From: Octopus bimaculoides
Lineage: Eukaryota
Direction: 5' to 3'
Assembly (NCBI RefSeq): GCF_001194135.2
Contig: NC_069001.1
Coordinates: forward strand, 36,936,388-37,000,387
DNA length: 64,000 nucleotides
Shown piece by piece: positions 37,438 through 51,247 of this stretch. Made by a program: the position numbers and the translations under genes. Positions within the stretch are counted from its first letter, which is position 1. Every line of letters begins with the position of its first letter. Below the pieces are notes generated by a model that saw nothing but the letters and a program-made list of their open reading frames with translations, ran no database searches and was not told where the DNA came from.

Positions 37438-39544
37438 GGACATCTTGGGACCATCTTGGGATGATGGTCTGACTGGTGGTATGATTTCCTGGGAACTGAT
37501 TGGTCCACAAGCAGAATGCACATGTGACACATGCATGCCTCAATTGTGCTTTACTCATGATAGAGAACTGGTAATTTAATAAGAGGAGTTCATATCCCTA
37601 GAGCTCACTGCATTTGTATGCTCCTGTTAAGTTCACAACCTGATTTCCAGTACACTTTGCAAATTGAAAGACATTTTTCCTACTCCTCTACATATTTATG
37701 ACATTCTAACTAACCTAATTACCAGCAATAATAAAGTATTTTTAGACAAGATTGCAAGCTAACTTTGTGACCTGTTTGTTCAGCTTGATTTACTGAAAAT
37801 TTGACAATGGAGTTTGAAATACACCAAATTATAATGATATAGGTGGACTGGAATGTGTAATTAATCACTGTAAGCAGCAGTCGATTGGCTGTTTCTGGAG
37901 TAACCCTAATCACCACAGGGAAAAGTTATGGCAATAAACCAGTGTGCTGTTCCAACAAGATTCATCTCTCCCCCCACCCCCACTAAACCTATATTTTCCA
38001 AACTGGGTTCCATGAAAAAAAATGTTGTGCTTTCTACAAAATAAAGTGTTTTTTAATAGAAGTTTATGACAGTTTGTTTTCTGAAAGAATAGTTAGTATC
38101 CATGATTTTTAAAGTTATTTGATATTGGTTACTTTATATACATATATATATTGTTATTTTTACTATATATATATATATNNNNNNNNNNNNNNNNNNNNNN
38201 NNNNNNNNNNNNNNNNNNNNNNNNNNNNNNNNNNNNNNNNNNNNNNNNNNNNNNNNNNNNNNNNNNNNNNNNNNNNNNNNNNNNNNNNNNNNNNNNNNNN
38301 NNNNNNNNNNNNNNNNNNNNNNNNNNNNNNNNNNNNNNNNNNNNNNNNNNNNNNNNNNNNNNNNNNNNNNNNNNNNNNNNNNNNNNNNNNNNNNNNNNNN
38401 NNNNNNNNNNNNNNNNNNNNNNNNNNNNNNNNNNNNNNNNNNNNNNNNNNNNNNNNNNNNNNNNNNNNNNNNNNNNNNNNNNNNNNNNNNNNNNNNNNNN
38501 NNNNNNNNNNNNNNNNNNNNNNNNNNNNNNNNNNNNNNNNNNNNNNNNNNNNNNNNNNNNNNNNNNNNNNNNNNNNNNNNNNNNNNNNNNNNNNNNNNNN
38601 NNNNNNNNNNNNNNNNNNNNNNNNNNNNNNNNNNNNNNNNNNNNNNNNNNNNNNNNNNNNNNNNNNNNNNNNNNNNNNNNNNNNNNNNNNNNNNNNNNNN
38701 NNNNNNNNNNNNNNNNNNNNNNNNNNNNNNNNNNNNNNNNNNNNNNNNNNNNNNNNNNNNNNNNNNNNNNNNNNNNNNNNNNNNNNNNNNNNNNNNNNNN
38801 NNNNNNNNNNATATATATATATATATATATATATATAGTAAAAATAACAATAATCTTTGGGTGGAATTTATGTATTTTTATTATGCATCGCTATGTACAT
38901 TTTTGCAAATCAATTGCAATTTGTGGAAATGCACATAGCAATCTATTAAAATATTTCTAAATCCTATCCAAGGATTTTTGTCATTATTACTATATTTATC
39001 CTACATTATATAGGTACTGCTTGATGCAACCCCAAAATACTGAATAAAAGAATATATATACCTGTGTGCATGTGTGTGTGTGTGTGTGTGTAAGAGTTGA
39101 TGTAGGCACATAATTGTATTCTGATTAACATGATACATAACAACTATGAAGTATTTATTCATTCTTTATTCAATATGGTTGGTTCAGACATGAATATTTG
39201 ATTGCTGTGGTTCATGCTCAAACCTACTAGACCATATCGACAATGAATAATTTCAATGATGGTTGGTTTCTCACAACTCTGTGAGCCTTCCAGCACATAG
39301 ATGACTTGGATAAACATCATCATCGTCGTTGTCGTCATCGTTGTTGTCGGTTATCATCTTTATCATCATCACCACCACCACGACCACCACCACGACCACC
39401 ACCATCTTTATCATCATCTTCATCATCACCTTTATCGTCATCATCAACATCATCATCATCATCATGTTTGTTTAGCATCCACTTTTCTATGCTTGCTTGG
39501 GTTGGACAAAGTTTTTTTTCTGTGCGTGAGAAGACCCGGCAAGC

Positions 39545-39950
39545 CAAGTAAGATCGTTGCCAGTGCCCCTGGACTGGCTCTTGTGTGGGTGGCACATAAG
39601 ATGCACCATTTTGAGCGTGGCCGTTGCCAGTACCGCCTGACTGGCTTCTGTAGGATTTTCGAGCGAGATCGTTGCCAGTGCCCCTGGACTGGCTTGTGCG
39701 GGTGACACATAAAAGACACCATTTCGAGCGTGGCCGTTGCCAGTATCGCCTGACTGGCCTTCGTGCAGGTGACACGTAAAAGCACCTACTACACTCTCTG
39801 AGTGGTTGGCATTAGGAAGGGCATCCAGCTGTAGAAACTCTGCCAAATTTAGATTGGAGCCTGGTGTTGCCATCCGGTTTCACCAGTCCTCAGTCAAGTC
39901 GTCCAATCCATGCTAGCATGGAAAGCGGACGTTAAACGATGATGATGATG
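39545..39950 (+). mobile_element. Family C: (GAT)n-tailed non-autonomous retroelement with a variable 5' tandem subunit array
   Basis: Shared 3' block ..CCAACCCATGCTAGCATGGAAAGCGGACGTTAAACGATGATGAT; copies at 20040-20375, 41380-41555, 49450-49680, 53090-53330 and 62590-62990 (minus). Confidence 0.8.
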
Positions 39951-41849
39951 TTTAGGTAAATTTTCTACGGCTGGATGCCCTTCCTGTTGCCAACCCTCCT
40001 CCCCCCCCATTTCCAAGTCAGGTAATATTTCCCCCATGGCCAGGTATATTTTCGCAGACTACTGGAGATGACTAACACTGCTTGTAAGATAGTAACAACC
40101 ATTTCACAACTATTACACAATGTCAAGACAAAGAGACATACATACACACACACATATATATACATATATACATACAGACAGACAAGCAGAAAGACAGACA
40201 GCAGACAAATTAATGACAAGCAAAAAAAGATGTGTATTCATATTTTTAACACATTCTTGTACACCAAAATGTGAAAAGCATTTCATTTGCTGCCGGCATC
40301 TGTCTCAGAGAAAAGTTTGGTCTAAGGCATCACATTATATCAACTCTGGAAGAGTGAAAGGCAAAAGTCAGTCTTTGAAGTCCCAATGCAACGACATTTA
40401 ATTAAATACTGAAAGGCATTTTGTCTGTTGTTCTACCAATTGTGCCAGAGTAGATGGCCTCTGTATATGCACCACCACCACCATTACCACCACTGCTACC
40501 ACCAGCCTTTAACTTTAGTTTCTTAAATTAAGTAATTAGCTCTAGAAACTAATTAACTAAAAGTACAGTTTGTACTTCTCTTTCTCTATATTACTGACCT
40601 ACTTACCATCACTTTTCACAACACACACAAACACACACACACATTCTTATGTGGGTGATACTAGTTTTTACTTGCCCCACCCCCATCAACTAACTTCGTT
40701 ATGAACATCCACCCATGGGGACACAACAGCTAAACAATAAGAGCTGTTACAGCTCCCTTCCTATCCTTATTTAACTCCCATTATAATCTTATTATTTAAG
40801 GTGTAGCTGTGGCTGTGTGGTAAGAAATTTGCTTCTCAACCACATGGTTTCGAGTCCAGTCCCACTCTGTGGTACTTGCACAAGTGTCTTCTACCATAAC
40901 CTCAGATTATTTATATTTTTACTAAATTCTAAATTATTTTCGGTATTTTCAATTCAGTAGAAATATGATAACAAAAGACTATTAAATTGGAATTTGAGGG
41001 CTGAGGGCAATTTGGCAGCTATATTTGTAGGAAAAAAATAATGAGACAAAGACATCTTTGCAGTCAGTTATAATTCACCATGGGGTTGGACATGTTTAGA
41101 AAGTTTAGAAAATCTTAACCCTTTTTGATATCAACTTGCCTGAGACTGCTTCTGGTTCTACAATACAAACATCCTGCTTTAAAATGATGTTGAAGTGGGA
41201 AACCTAGGAAAACTTGGGACAAAGTACTGAAGGATGATCTCAAGACAGTGAACCTTTCAGACAAGCTGACAAAGGATTGAGATGTTTGGTGCCTTGCTGT
41301 ACTCAAGAAGACAACCCATACTCCACAGCAGAAATGTTAAGACTGCCCCACCTTGTGAAGAGGAGTGGCCTGCAAGAGCCCTGTGCCAGTGCCATGTAAA
41401 AAGCACCCAGCACACTCTGTAAATATGTTGACATTAGGAAGGGCATCCAGCCATAGAAACCATGCCAAAAAGGACAATTGGGGCCTGGTGCAGCTCTGAT
41501 CAAACCACCCAAACCATGCCAGCATGGAAAACAGACATTAAATGATGATGATGTAGCAAGATTCAAAAGCAAGTCATCAAATTATGAAGTTATGACAAAA
41601 CATAAAGTCATTACACAACAATGGTTTGTTCACCTGAGAGGCCAGTTTATCAGCCAAGCAACAGCCAGACATCACATGATAGATCAATCTAGATCCTTCT
41701 GGAACTTTTCCCTACAAGCATTATAGTGCCAATTTAAACTCTCTGACACGAATATTTTGACACAGAAAGCCCTAAATATAAGTCTTATAAATATGAAAGA
41801 AATCCTTGTATACAGTGCTCAGGTGCACTACACATAAGAAAAAGCAAAA

Positions 41850-42290
41850 AAAAAAAAGTATATATCAGATGTACTGTTGGCGGATTTCAGGAAACATGGA
41901 AGTTTTGAAGGATGTAGTGTCTCGACAGTAGTATTAGTTTATTCCATGCTTCAACAATTCTGAGTGGGAAAAAAATGTTTCCGAAAATCATGGGTGCTGT
42001 GTTGTTTTTTTTGATATTGTAAACATGTCCTCGGTTATTTGTCATATGGAATTCTAAAAGGTGCCCGAGTTTATTGTTGGAAAGATGGTGGATAGTCTTG
42101 TGTGGGGTCTACCAAGTCAGTTGCCAGACGTCTGAGCTTCGATATGTCCCTGCCGAGGAAAGCAAGACGTTCAGAGTGTGGTAGATGTCTGACGGCGGGT
42201 ATTCGTTTTGTTGCACGTTTCTGAACAATTTCCAGGAGATTTATATACCGAGTTAGACAGGGGTTCTCGACTGGTGATGCAAATTCTAAG
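41850..42290 (-). mobile_element. CR1/L2-clade LINE 3' fragment
   Basis: LLEIVQKRATKRIPAVRHLPHSERLAFLG..LRRLATDL is the CR1 C-terminal motif. Confidence 0.8.
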
Positions 42291-42949
42291 TTACTGACTG
42301 TCTCCCTCCCCAAAAATTTCGGGGCCTTCTGCCTAGAGTAGAAAAGAAAACAGATCTGGGGAGTAACTGACGCTAGCTAGTGCAAGGGAAACAACTGTGT
42401 CGATATTGTTTGGTTAAACAAGATTATATAGTTGTTTTAATCCTGGTTGAGCTGACATTTTATCAAAGGCATCCCAGTCATGACCACCACTACATTGTCC
42501 ATGATGTACTATCTTTCTCAAGGACAGCAGTATATGTTTTGAGGGAGATTTGGCTGTTATGACTAAGATAGTGGATGGTGGTTGTACAGAAGTCACACGT
42601 CGAAGGCCCAATCGTTAAATGGTTCTATCAAATTCAATGGAGATAACATCATGTCCAGCGAGTGATTTATAGCTTATCTTAATTTTTTTATTTTAATTGT
42701 TCCAGTCATAAAACTGTGGCCATGCTGTGGCACCGCCTTGAATTTAAAAAAATTTTTTTTTTTTTTAAATTTTTTTTTTTAGTCAAATGAATTGATCCCA
42801 TTTATTTTTTTATAAAGCCTACTACTTATACTATCAGTCTCTTTTTGCTGCGCCGCTAAGTTACAAGGATATAAATATATCAACATCAGTTGTCAAGCGG
42901 TGGGGTGACCAACACAGACACATCTGTGTGTGGTCGAGCATTGCAATGC

Positions 42950-43304
42950 TCGACCACATGTTTCACTAATGACGCTCCAGAAGTTGAGGGGATTTGGCAA
43001 CGAAGTTCTTCCCCACCCAGCTTATTCCCCAGACCTTTCTCCTACCAACTACCACTTTTTCAAGCACCTTGATGGCTTCCTGCAAGAGAAGGAATTCAAA
43101 AATCAAACCGATGCTGAAAGTGCGTTCAAAGAGTTCATCAGTTCCAGAACTCCAGATTTTTATGTTACCGGAATAAACAAACTTGTAACTTGTTGGCAAA
43201 TATGTATTGATTGTAATGGTACTTATTTTGGTGAATAAAATTTCCACATTGTTGAAATATATTTCATGTTTCAAAACATTGCTTACTTTTTACTCAGCCT
43301 GATA
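42950..43304 (+). mobile_element. Mariner transposase 3' remnant with terminal sequence
   Basis: VLPHPAYSPDLSPTNYHFFKHL..GINKLVTCWQICIDCNGTYF is the mariner C-terminus. Confidence 0.9.
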
Positions 43305-43429
43305 TATATCAGGCCACCAGTCTGATATATTCCGATTGGCATTCTTATTTTGGTGGTGAAAGTCACAACAGTTCACCCATTTTACCAGTGGCATTCTTCA
43401 GGTGCTTACATTCAGTAGCATTCTTGGAA

Positions 43430-44150
43430 TTTTGAGTGAAATCTTCTATTCAGTGCATAAGAGCAAGTTTACCCTTTGGGGACGTCTCTCCTGAAACAAA
43501 GCCACCATCAGAAGAGATCATAACTAAGAACTGATCTCTTTTGCGAGATTCATAGCAATATTAGCTGTGAGTTTCAAGTCCTAAAAAGCCTTGGATGAGA
43601 TGGTGCATTTGTGGACTCATTCGACCAGGGCGTTTGGTGTTGCCAATATCTGTGCAGGAGAACAAGGGTTCAGGTGTTTAGGTGTCTGGTCTTCCCTGTC
43701 CTGCTCTATAGTTGTGAGACTTGAATACTGTTCAGGGCCCTTAGGAGCCTCTTGAATTCCTTTGGTACCAGGATGCTTCATAGGATTATGGGGTTACCAG
43801 TGATTGGATTTTGTATCCAACCAATTCTGCCCAGAAACTTGGATGTGTTCTCTTACTTGAATGATTCTGGAGCATCAGCTCAGACTGTTTGACAATGTTT
43901 CTTGCTTTGCCAAGTTAGACCCTGCTTACTGTGTTCTGTTCACTGAGGATCTGACTGGGTTGACAGCTTGTGTTGGTCAACCAGATGCCACATGGTCATG
44001 ACAGATGAGGAGGTATCTCATGGAGATGAGGACTGATTAGGACCCTTCTTGACAGGTTACCCAGCGGGGATCCAAGAATATACCAACAAATGGTAAATGC
44101 AGCAACGCACTGCAACAGTTGCATGACCTCCATCTGACCTCACCTGATAT
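43430..44150 (+). mobile_element. Highly degenerate RTE-clade LINE 3' fragment
   Basis: VQVFRCLVFPVLLYSCET*IL near 43666-43730. Boundaries approximate. Confidence 0.6.
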
Positions 44151-44919
44151 CAAGAAGAAAAAAAATAACTAAAAAAAAATCTTTTTTTTTTAAACAACTC
44201 ATTCACTGTTCTCTTCCTGTGTATTATTCTATGTACTGTTCGTGCACTTTCACCTACTTTTTCTGATGAGTTGTAGTGCATTGTATATAATAGGTTCGTT
44301 ATTATTTTAATGAGAGAGAGATTGAGAGAGAGAGACTGTTTTTGGTACTGACACAGAACAAGAACAGTCTACTATTGTGAATGATTTGCTAACTGTATAC
44401 TCTCAACCAGAGCTAACTTGAAGCTAAATAACAAAAATAACAACAGTTTTGAAACATATAGTTAGTTCCTTCTATGTTTTATATTATTATTGGATTGACA
44501 AGAAATTTTGTCAGTATTTAATTTACGACCCATCTACTGAAAATAACCAGCAAAACCTTCATGTCAGATCTATAACTTTGCCATTAAGAAACGTATGAAT
44601 AATCTTATCCGGTTCGTTTATTATATTTATGAAGTTAACCAGAAATGTGGTTTCACTTTGGCTGTCTGCTATACAATAGTAACTAATAAAACTAGCAGTA
44701 ATTTTTACTTAGTTTCGCATCATCTAAATATGATATAAAATAATTAAAGATTGAGAATAACAAAAAAATAAATATTTGAATATAAATTAAAATCACGATT
44801 ATTTCTTGAAAATTTTCTTTTAATTTCGATGGAAAACAAAACGATAAAAGCAAAATAACAAAACCGAGGTGAACGGTGATTATAAAATATAAGCATCCGC
44901 TCTGTATAACCAGTTTAAC

Positions 44920-45171
44920 ATGGCGAACGTGAACGATGAGATCAAAAGCCTCACTTATTTTAACGTCCGACCAGTCATACTTCGAGGGTTTGTGGGGCCT
45001 TTCTTAATTCTGTACATCTGTTGGTTTTATCTCTGGATCGTGGTGTATGGAGTCGAAGAATATTTCGACGCTGGTATTATTGCCGTCGGTATAATCGTGT
45101 TTGTACACACCCTCACAGGCCTGTTTTGTGTTTGGTCCGTTCACGTCCAATGTGCACTCACTTGTACTTCG
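44920..45171 (+). CDS. ATP13A1: ATP13A1 (P5A ATPase) coding exon 1, start codon; MANVNDEIKS...VQCALTCTS
   Basis: ATG at 44920; 84 codons with hydrophobic N-terminal TM segments typical of P5A ATPases; donor TCG|GTAAGT; phase 0. Confidence 0.93.
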
Positions 45172-45350
45172 GTAAGTTTTACACCTTCCCATACAAAAGG
45201 GGGGGGGGATATTTCTGTTGATCAATTAATCAATATTAATTCGCATGAATGATACTAAACTTTTGTCTTTTTATCGAACTTTTTACTCCATGTACATGTA
45301 TTTATTGACTTACAGAAATTACAGAGGCAAAATCGAAAGATTACACATTA

Positions 45351-45386
<36 letters not shown>

Positions 45387-45883
45387 NNNNNNNNNNNNNN
45401 NNNNNNNNNNNNNNNNNNNNNNNNNNNNNNNNNNNNNNNNNNNNNNNNNNNNNNNNNNNNNNNNNNNNNNNNNNNNNNNNNNNNNNNNNNNNNNNNNNNN
45501 NNNNNNNNNNNNNNNNNNNNNNNNNNNNNNNNNNNNNNNNNNNNNNNNNNNNNNNNNNNNNNNNNNNNNNNNNNNNNNNNNNNNNNNNNNNNNNNNNNNN
45601 NNNNNNNNNNNNNNNNNNNNNNNNNNNNNNNNNNNNNNNNNNNNNNNNNNNNNNNNNNNNNNNNNNNNNNNNNNNNNNNNNNNNNNNNNNNNNNNNNNNN
45701 NNNNNNNNNNNNNNNNNNNNNNNNNNNNNNNNNNNNNNNNNNNNNNNNNNNNNNNNNNNNNNNNNNNNNNNNNNNNNNNNNNNNNNNNNNTCTGGTGCTG
45801 CACCGGTTCTTTCTCATCTTATCCACACCCACGACAATGAGAGAAGTCGAACTCAGCTGGTTTTGAAATCCTATAACACACAT

Positions 45884-45920
<37 letters not shown>

Positions 45921-46449
45921 TATATATACGCACGCACGCACACACACGGTCAAATAAGTACTTATATATCAGCGTTTTTATAACAACGTGGTGGCCTCTT
46001 CCAGCTTTGCCAATAAACAGCACAAAAGAACGATGGCACTGTTATTCCATAATTACTTAGAGAATGTAGAATGTTTTCTAAAATGAACCATATGGTTCGT
46101 CGCATTTTTCTTAACTCGCTGACCATCATCTTGGATTCGTTTTCTGTTTTATTTGAGCTTTCTTTCTTATTTGAGCTTTCTTTCTTCGTTTACTCATAAT
46201 TGTTCGGTCTTTAATTAACCGGCTCCCTCTCATTCATAGCTTACGTTACATATATACAGCATTTTAACTTAAGCTTGTTTTTGTTTATTATTCTATAAAT
46301 GTTTTCAATATCAATAGTATATTTGTTTTCACAAGAAGCTTTTTGCTGTGCGAAATAATTTTCTAAATTTTTTTCTTGGAAGATCTCATGTTTAGGGTTT
46401 CATTTTCACTTTGCACGTATCCACATTGTGCTCTCTGTCTGTCTGTCTC

Positions 46450-46485
<36 letters not shown>

Positions 46486-48569
46486 CACACACATCTATGT
46501 GTGTGTCTCAAGTACATCTTAACATTACAATCCCTTAAAATTAATTGCTTGTTTGCCTTTTGTTTCTATTGAGCTAACCGACTTTTCAACCTGCTTAATT
46601 TTTCCTCCGCAAATTTTCTTTATTTTATTTTATTTTCATTTTTTTCTAAAAATCTGTTAAATTTTATTCGATATTACGTCCAGATTTTACATGTAAGAAA
46701 ATAAATTTTGAATTGTGCCGTCGCGTTTATTTTCCGACTTGAAAACTGAAACAAAATTTATATTAAATGCCGAAGAGGGGGGAGGGAACTAAATAGATAA
46801 ATGCGACTATTAGAATTTAAATTTTATAAAGGTTTTCTTTCTTTTGTTTTTAATTTGCTTTTATTTCAATATATTTCAAGGTCGTATTATATGAAGCGCA
46901 GTGGCCGAGAGGATAAGTTAAACAAAGAAATCTTAACTTCCGTGAACATGATTTCGTGTTCGGCTTATACCGACCATGCGATTGATGTTCAAGCAAGATG
47001 TTTCTTTAAGCATTAATTGTTTTATATATTTGGAGAAAAAAAATGTATAAAGCTACTGTGTAATAATGTGCCATTTTCGACTCGGCAAATCCTATAAGCA
47101 ACAATATCTGTTGCTTATAACTATCCCAACTTTCTTTTTCATGTGCATCGTAACTCATGACAACCATTTAGGTAATCATTGACAATCAATCGGTATTGGC
47201 CTCAATAATGTGAAACCATTTTTTTCGATTGGTTGCCGACATAGCTGTTATTTCTAGCTAGCCGAGCGACAACATATAGCAATATTTGTCAAGGTGGGAC
47301 GCACCACGCCTCCATCGGCGGAACGTGGGTCACTTCAAAATGGGGTGTAAGTAACAAATGGATAAAACTTGTGTTTGCGCGCGCGCTGGGGCATGAGGTA
47401 AAAAGGGTTGAGACACGGTTGTAGAGGATCCTTCGTTACCTTTAATGGCTACAATGAGGATAGTTGTCTTGCTCTGGGTCAGCCCCTCAATGAGCACACC
47501 TATGATCCAAGGCGTTCCAGCCGTAACCTTCCAATCTTTGTTTCAAATTAACGAAAACATGAATGTAGTGCCCTTTTATATAGTCTGCAATGCCAGTTGT
47601 TGTTTGGTGCCGCTTCTCTCGCACTTCTGAATTTACATTCAAAATCTAGTTATTGTATGTCTCAGCAGTTTTCTAGATTATTCCCCACCATCACCACCAC
47701 CACCTCCTGGATCGAGGTGACCAGGCAGTGAAACATGAAATGAGACTTCACTCTGACACCGTATCACCTCCGTCTTTATCTTTCCATCTACTGCCATGCA
47801 CCCTCATATAATCCAGGATAGCCATGCATACTTATCCATCTATCGTATATGAGCCTCTCAACGCCTGGCATAAAGTTATCTCCCCTTCTCTCAACTACTC
47901 CTACTCGGTCGAGGGTGCTTTTTCATTTCTTGTCTTGCAAGTTACTAACTGACCTCAATAGTACAGGTGTCATGATAAAAACACCCAGAACACAATGTCA
48001 AGTGGTTGTTAAGAAGGATGCCATAGAAACCATGCCAAATGTGACACTGAAGCTCAGCCCAGGCCTACAGCTGGTCGGATCCTGTCAAATAGTCCAACCC
48101 ATGCCAGCAAGGGAAACGGACATCAAATGGTGATAAATGTAGATTAGCAGCTGTTTTGTCATGCAGGCTTGCCAGATTCAGCTCCCAGTTGTAAAGTATG
48201 CTACTTTTCAGGACTCCATACTTGTTTTTAATTTGTCCTAATTACTGCTTTAAAATTATAATTTCTGAAGGCAACATTCCTTTTAATTATCATTAAATTA
48301 TCAAAATAAAACTGACATAAAGGCAATCTTGTATTTTCTTTCAATTTACTTGCACTTTCAATTAACTAGTTTTAAGTTAATTTCTCTCAGATTCCCCTAA
48401 TTTTTGAGCTAATGTTTTTATGAAATTGAACAGTTGAACCTTGCTGCTGTGGCCTGTGGCTCAGCCTGTTTGCATGTGATCACTTATTTCTGGCTAAAGA
48501 ATAAAAACCAGGCAGTGATTCAGTGGGGTCCTTCCATGGGTGAATGCTCCCCACAGGTTTGTTAAAGTT

Positions 48570-48990
48570 TTTTACTGATGTATAGAAAGGCCTTATCACT
48601 GTTGAGTCAAGTGCTATTAGATGGCAGTGAAACATGGACCCTGACAAAGAAATTATCAAATGGGCTGAATGGCTGTTGCATAAGGATGCTACTAATGGCC
48701 CTAAATGTGAAATGGCAGCAACATATGACAAACAAGTGCTTTCGTGGAGACCTGCTGGAAGTTAACAAGAAGATCAGGCAAAGACAGCTGCAACTCTCTG
48801 GTCACTGTGTCCACCACTCTGAACTAGAAGCATCTAAATTAGTTTTGTGGAGCCCACTTCATGGTGATGTAAGAAGAAGAAAATGTTTTCACCTTTACAT
48901 CAACAACTTGATTGCAGCCACTGGCCTGGAACGTAATCAGGACCTTGAGACAATGATGTTGGACCGAGAGGTGTCCAGGTAGACTTTGTT
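48570..48990 (+). mobile_element. RTE-clade LINE 3' fragment in ATP13A1 intron 1
   Basis: VLLDGSETWTLTKK..LNVKWQQHMTN..RQRQLQLSGHCV resembles the RTE post-RT C-terminal domain. Confidence 0.8.
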
Positions 48991-50042
48991 GCTGCAGCCT
49001 GGATTGGAACCTGGCCATTGATAAAAATCTTTTAAAAAGCATCATTGTTTTAATGGAGGAATTACGTGCCTTGCCCAAGGACTGAACATGCCATCTGGTC
49101 GTAATGTTTGAACCTACAAACATTATGATCGCAAACCCAACATTCTAACTGTAATTAAGGGCACAATTTATCTTACATTTTGTTTGACCAATCTCCTAAG
49201 TACACGTATAGAAACATGTACACATATATTTATGTATTATGACAGCAAGTTTGATTTATGTCCACAGTTAAATAACATTTTATGTTTTATCACCATCACT
49301 CTATATCACTGTGTTTTTGAGTCATCTTCGTTAATTTTCTGTTAGTGGTTTCATTAATTCACAACAGCTGCTGCTTCTGACATACCTTGCCATTTTAGCA
49401 TTTAAATAAGTCATATCCAGCTCAAAAACTTCACCTGTTTTATTTTCAAATGGTCCAGATCATGGTAAAAAGCACCCCTTACTGGCTCCTGTGCTGTGTC
49501 ATGCAAAAAGCACCGACTACACTCTCAGAGTGGTTGGTGTTAGGAAGGGCATCCAGCTGTAGAAACATTGCCAGATCAGATTGGAGCCTGGTGCAGCTGC
49601 TAGCTCTCCAGACCTCAGTCAAACCATCCAACCCATGCCAGCATGGAAAACGGACGTTAAACGATGATGATGATGAGGATTTTAACTAATCTAAAGTTTG
49701 TTTATTTCTCATCTTAGCGCTGATGCTTCTGTATCAGTTCTGACCAGGCAGTCTGCAAGTGCAACCCAGTCACTGATAGTAGAAGACATTTGCCCAAGGT
49801 GCCATGCAGTGAGACTGAACCCGGACCCATGTGGTTGGTAAGCAAGCTACTTACCACACAGCCACTCCTGTATATTTATAACAGCTTATATACATGGGCA
49901 GTTGAATTTACTGTTTTTTTAATATATCATTTGCTGAGAAATTTGAAAATGCCTCTTAAATTTCTGCTGACTGTTGTTATTATTGTTATTATTATTATTA
50001 TTATCATTATTATTATTATTATTATTATTTGATTACTTTCAG

Positions 50043-50132
50043 GTGTCTGATCCTTTTAAAGCTTCTCTTGTAAAGGTCGTGCCAACTCCTAATAATGGTT
50101 CAACAGAACTAGTGACATTAAATCATGTAACG
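50043..50132 (+). CDS. ATP13A1: ATP13A1 exon 2; VSDPFKASLVKVVPTPNNGSTELVTLNHVT
   Basis: Acceptor TTTCAG|, donor ACG|GTGAGT; the KVVPTPNNGSTELV motif is diagnostic of ATP13A1/Spf1; phase 0-0. Confidence 0.93.
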
Positions 50133-51247
50133 GTGAGTATGAATTTAGCTTCTGATGACCAACTTTCATTTAGGGCATCCAGCTGTAGAAATTGTGCCAA
50201 AGAAGACATTGGAACTTAGTGTAGTCCTCTGGCTCGATGGCTCCTGTCAAATCATCCAACCCAGGCCAGAATGGAAAACAAATGTTAAAACCCTTTAGCA
50301 TTCACATTACTTTATCAAATGTAATGTTTATTTATTCAAATTGTTTGGAATTAATCATACATTTTACTTGTAGCTCCAAGATTTCAATGTCGTGATTGTT
50401 TATTTTTAGAATGACATTATAGGGTTGGTGTGAGAGGTTGGATATGGCCAATTTATGAATAAAACGGGGAGAATATTTGGGCTAGATATGACTCATTAGA
50501 ATGCTAGACAATTAAATGCTGATGATAATAATGATGTAAATTGTAGGCAGCTTTCATTCCCAAGTTTTTGTGACTTTCTGGTTGCAGATGACCATACAGG
50601 GGTATCAAACACCAAAATCTCATGGTTGCAAAGCAAACTTCTTAACAATATAGCCATGCCGGCACCCACAATAATCATCATCATCATCATCCATTTCCGA
50701 TACTAACATCGATTAGACAGTTTAACAGGAGCTGGCAAGCTAGAGAGCTTCTCCAGGATTCAATTTGTCTGTTTTGGCACAGTTTCTGAGGCGAGATGCT
50801 TTATATGTGACACCAGCAGAGGTGCTTTCCCCACGTCATGCTAGCATGGGTGCCAGACAAAAATATACAAGAATGAAGAATCCTGTTCTTTTTTTATTGT
50901 ACATCTTTATACCATTTAGAAAGCACATTGGCACTGAGGTTGCAGTGCTGTTCTACCAGAAAATAAGACAACAGACTTTGAAAAACATTTAAGGTTTTAT
51001 TAAAGGAAGGGTATATGATTCAACAAAGTGTTGTTGAACTCCTGCCAGTTTAGAGAAATCAGACCTAAAAATAATAACTATGGTGAACATGTGATGAAAT
51101 ATGATTCTATTGATGTATACTTGACAATACATTTCTGGTAGTGATATTTCACGGATGTTATCCCACTAATGTTGGTTATTGATTTACATGACTCTACCAA
51201 AATAGGAGTTTCTCTTCACTCATAAAGACTTATGTGTTTCTTTACAG

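Noticed and set aside
39301-39705. His-rich / Pro-Ser-rich ORFs (also 18764-19105)
   Set aside because: Translations of (CAT/CAC)n microsatellites plus family C repeat; no coding signature.
42930-43238. SETMAR-like or domesticated transposase gene
   Set aside because: Only the C-terminal ~90 residues remain, abutting a SINE; there is no N-terminus or splice support. Treated as a mariner fossil.
20596-46060. Long ORFs (150-350 aa) spanning N-runs, e.g. 20596-21600, 36477-37532, 38119-38960, 45245-46060
   Set aside because: They are open only because N codons and (TA)n/(ATT)n tracts contain no stops. These are assembly artefacts.
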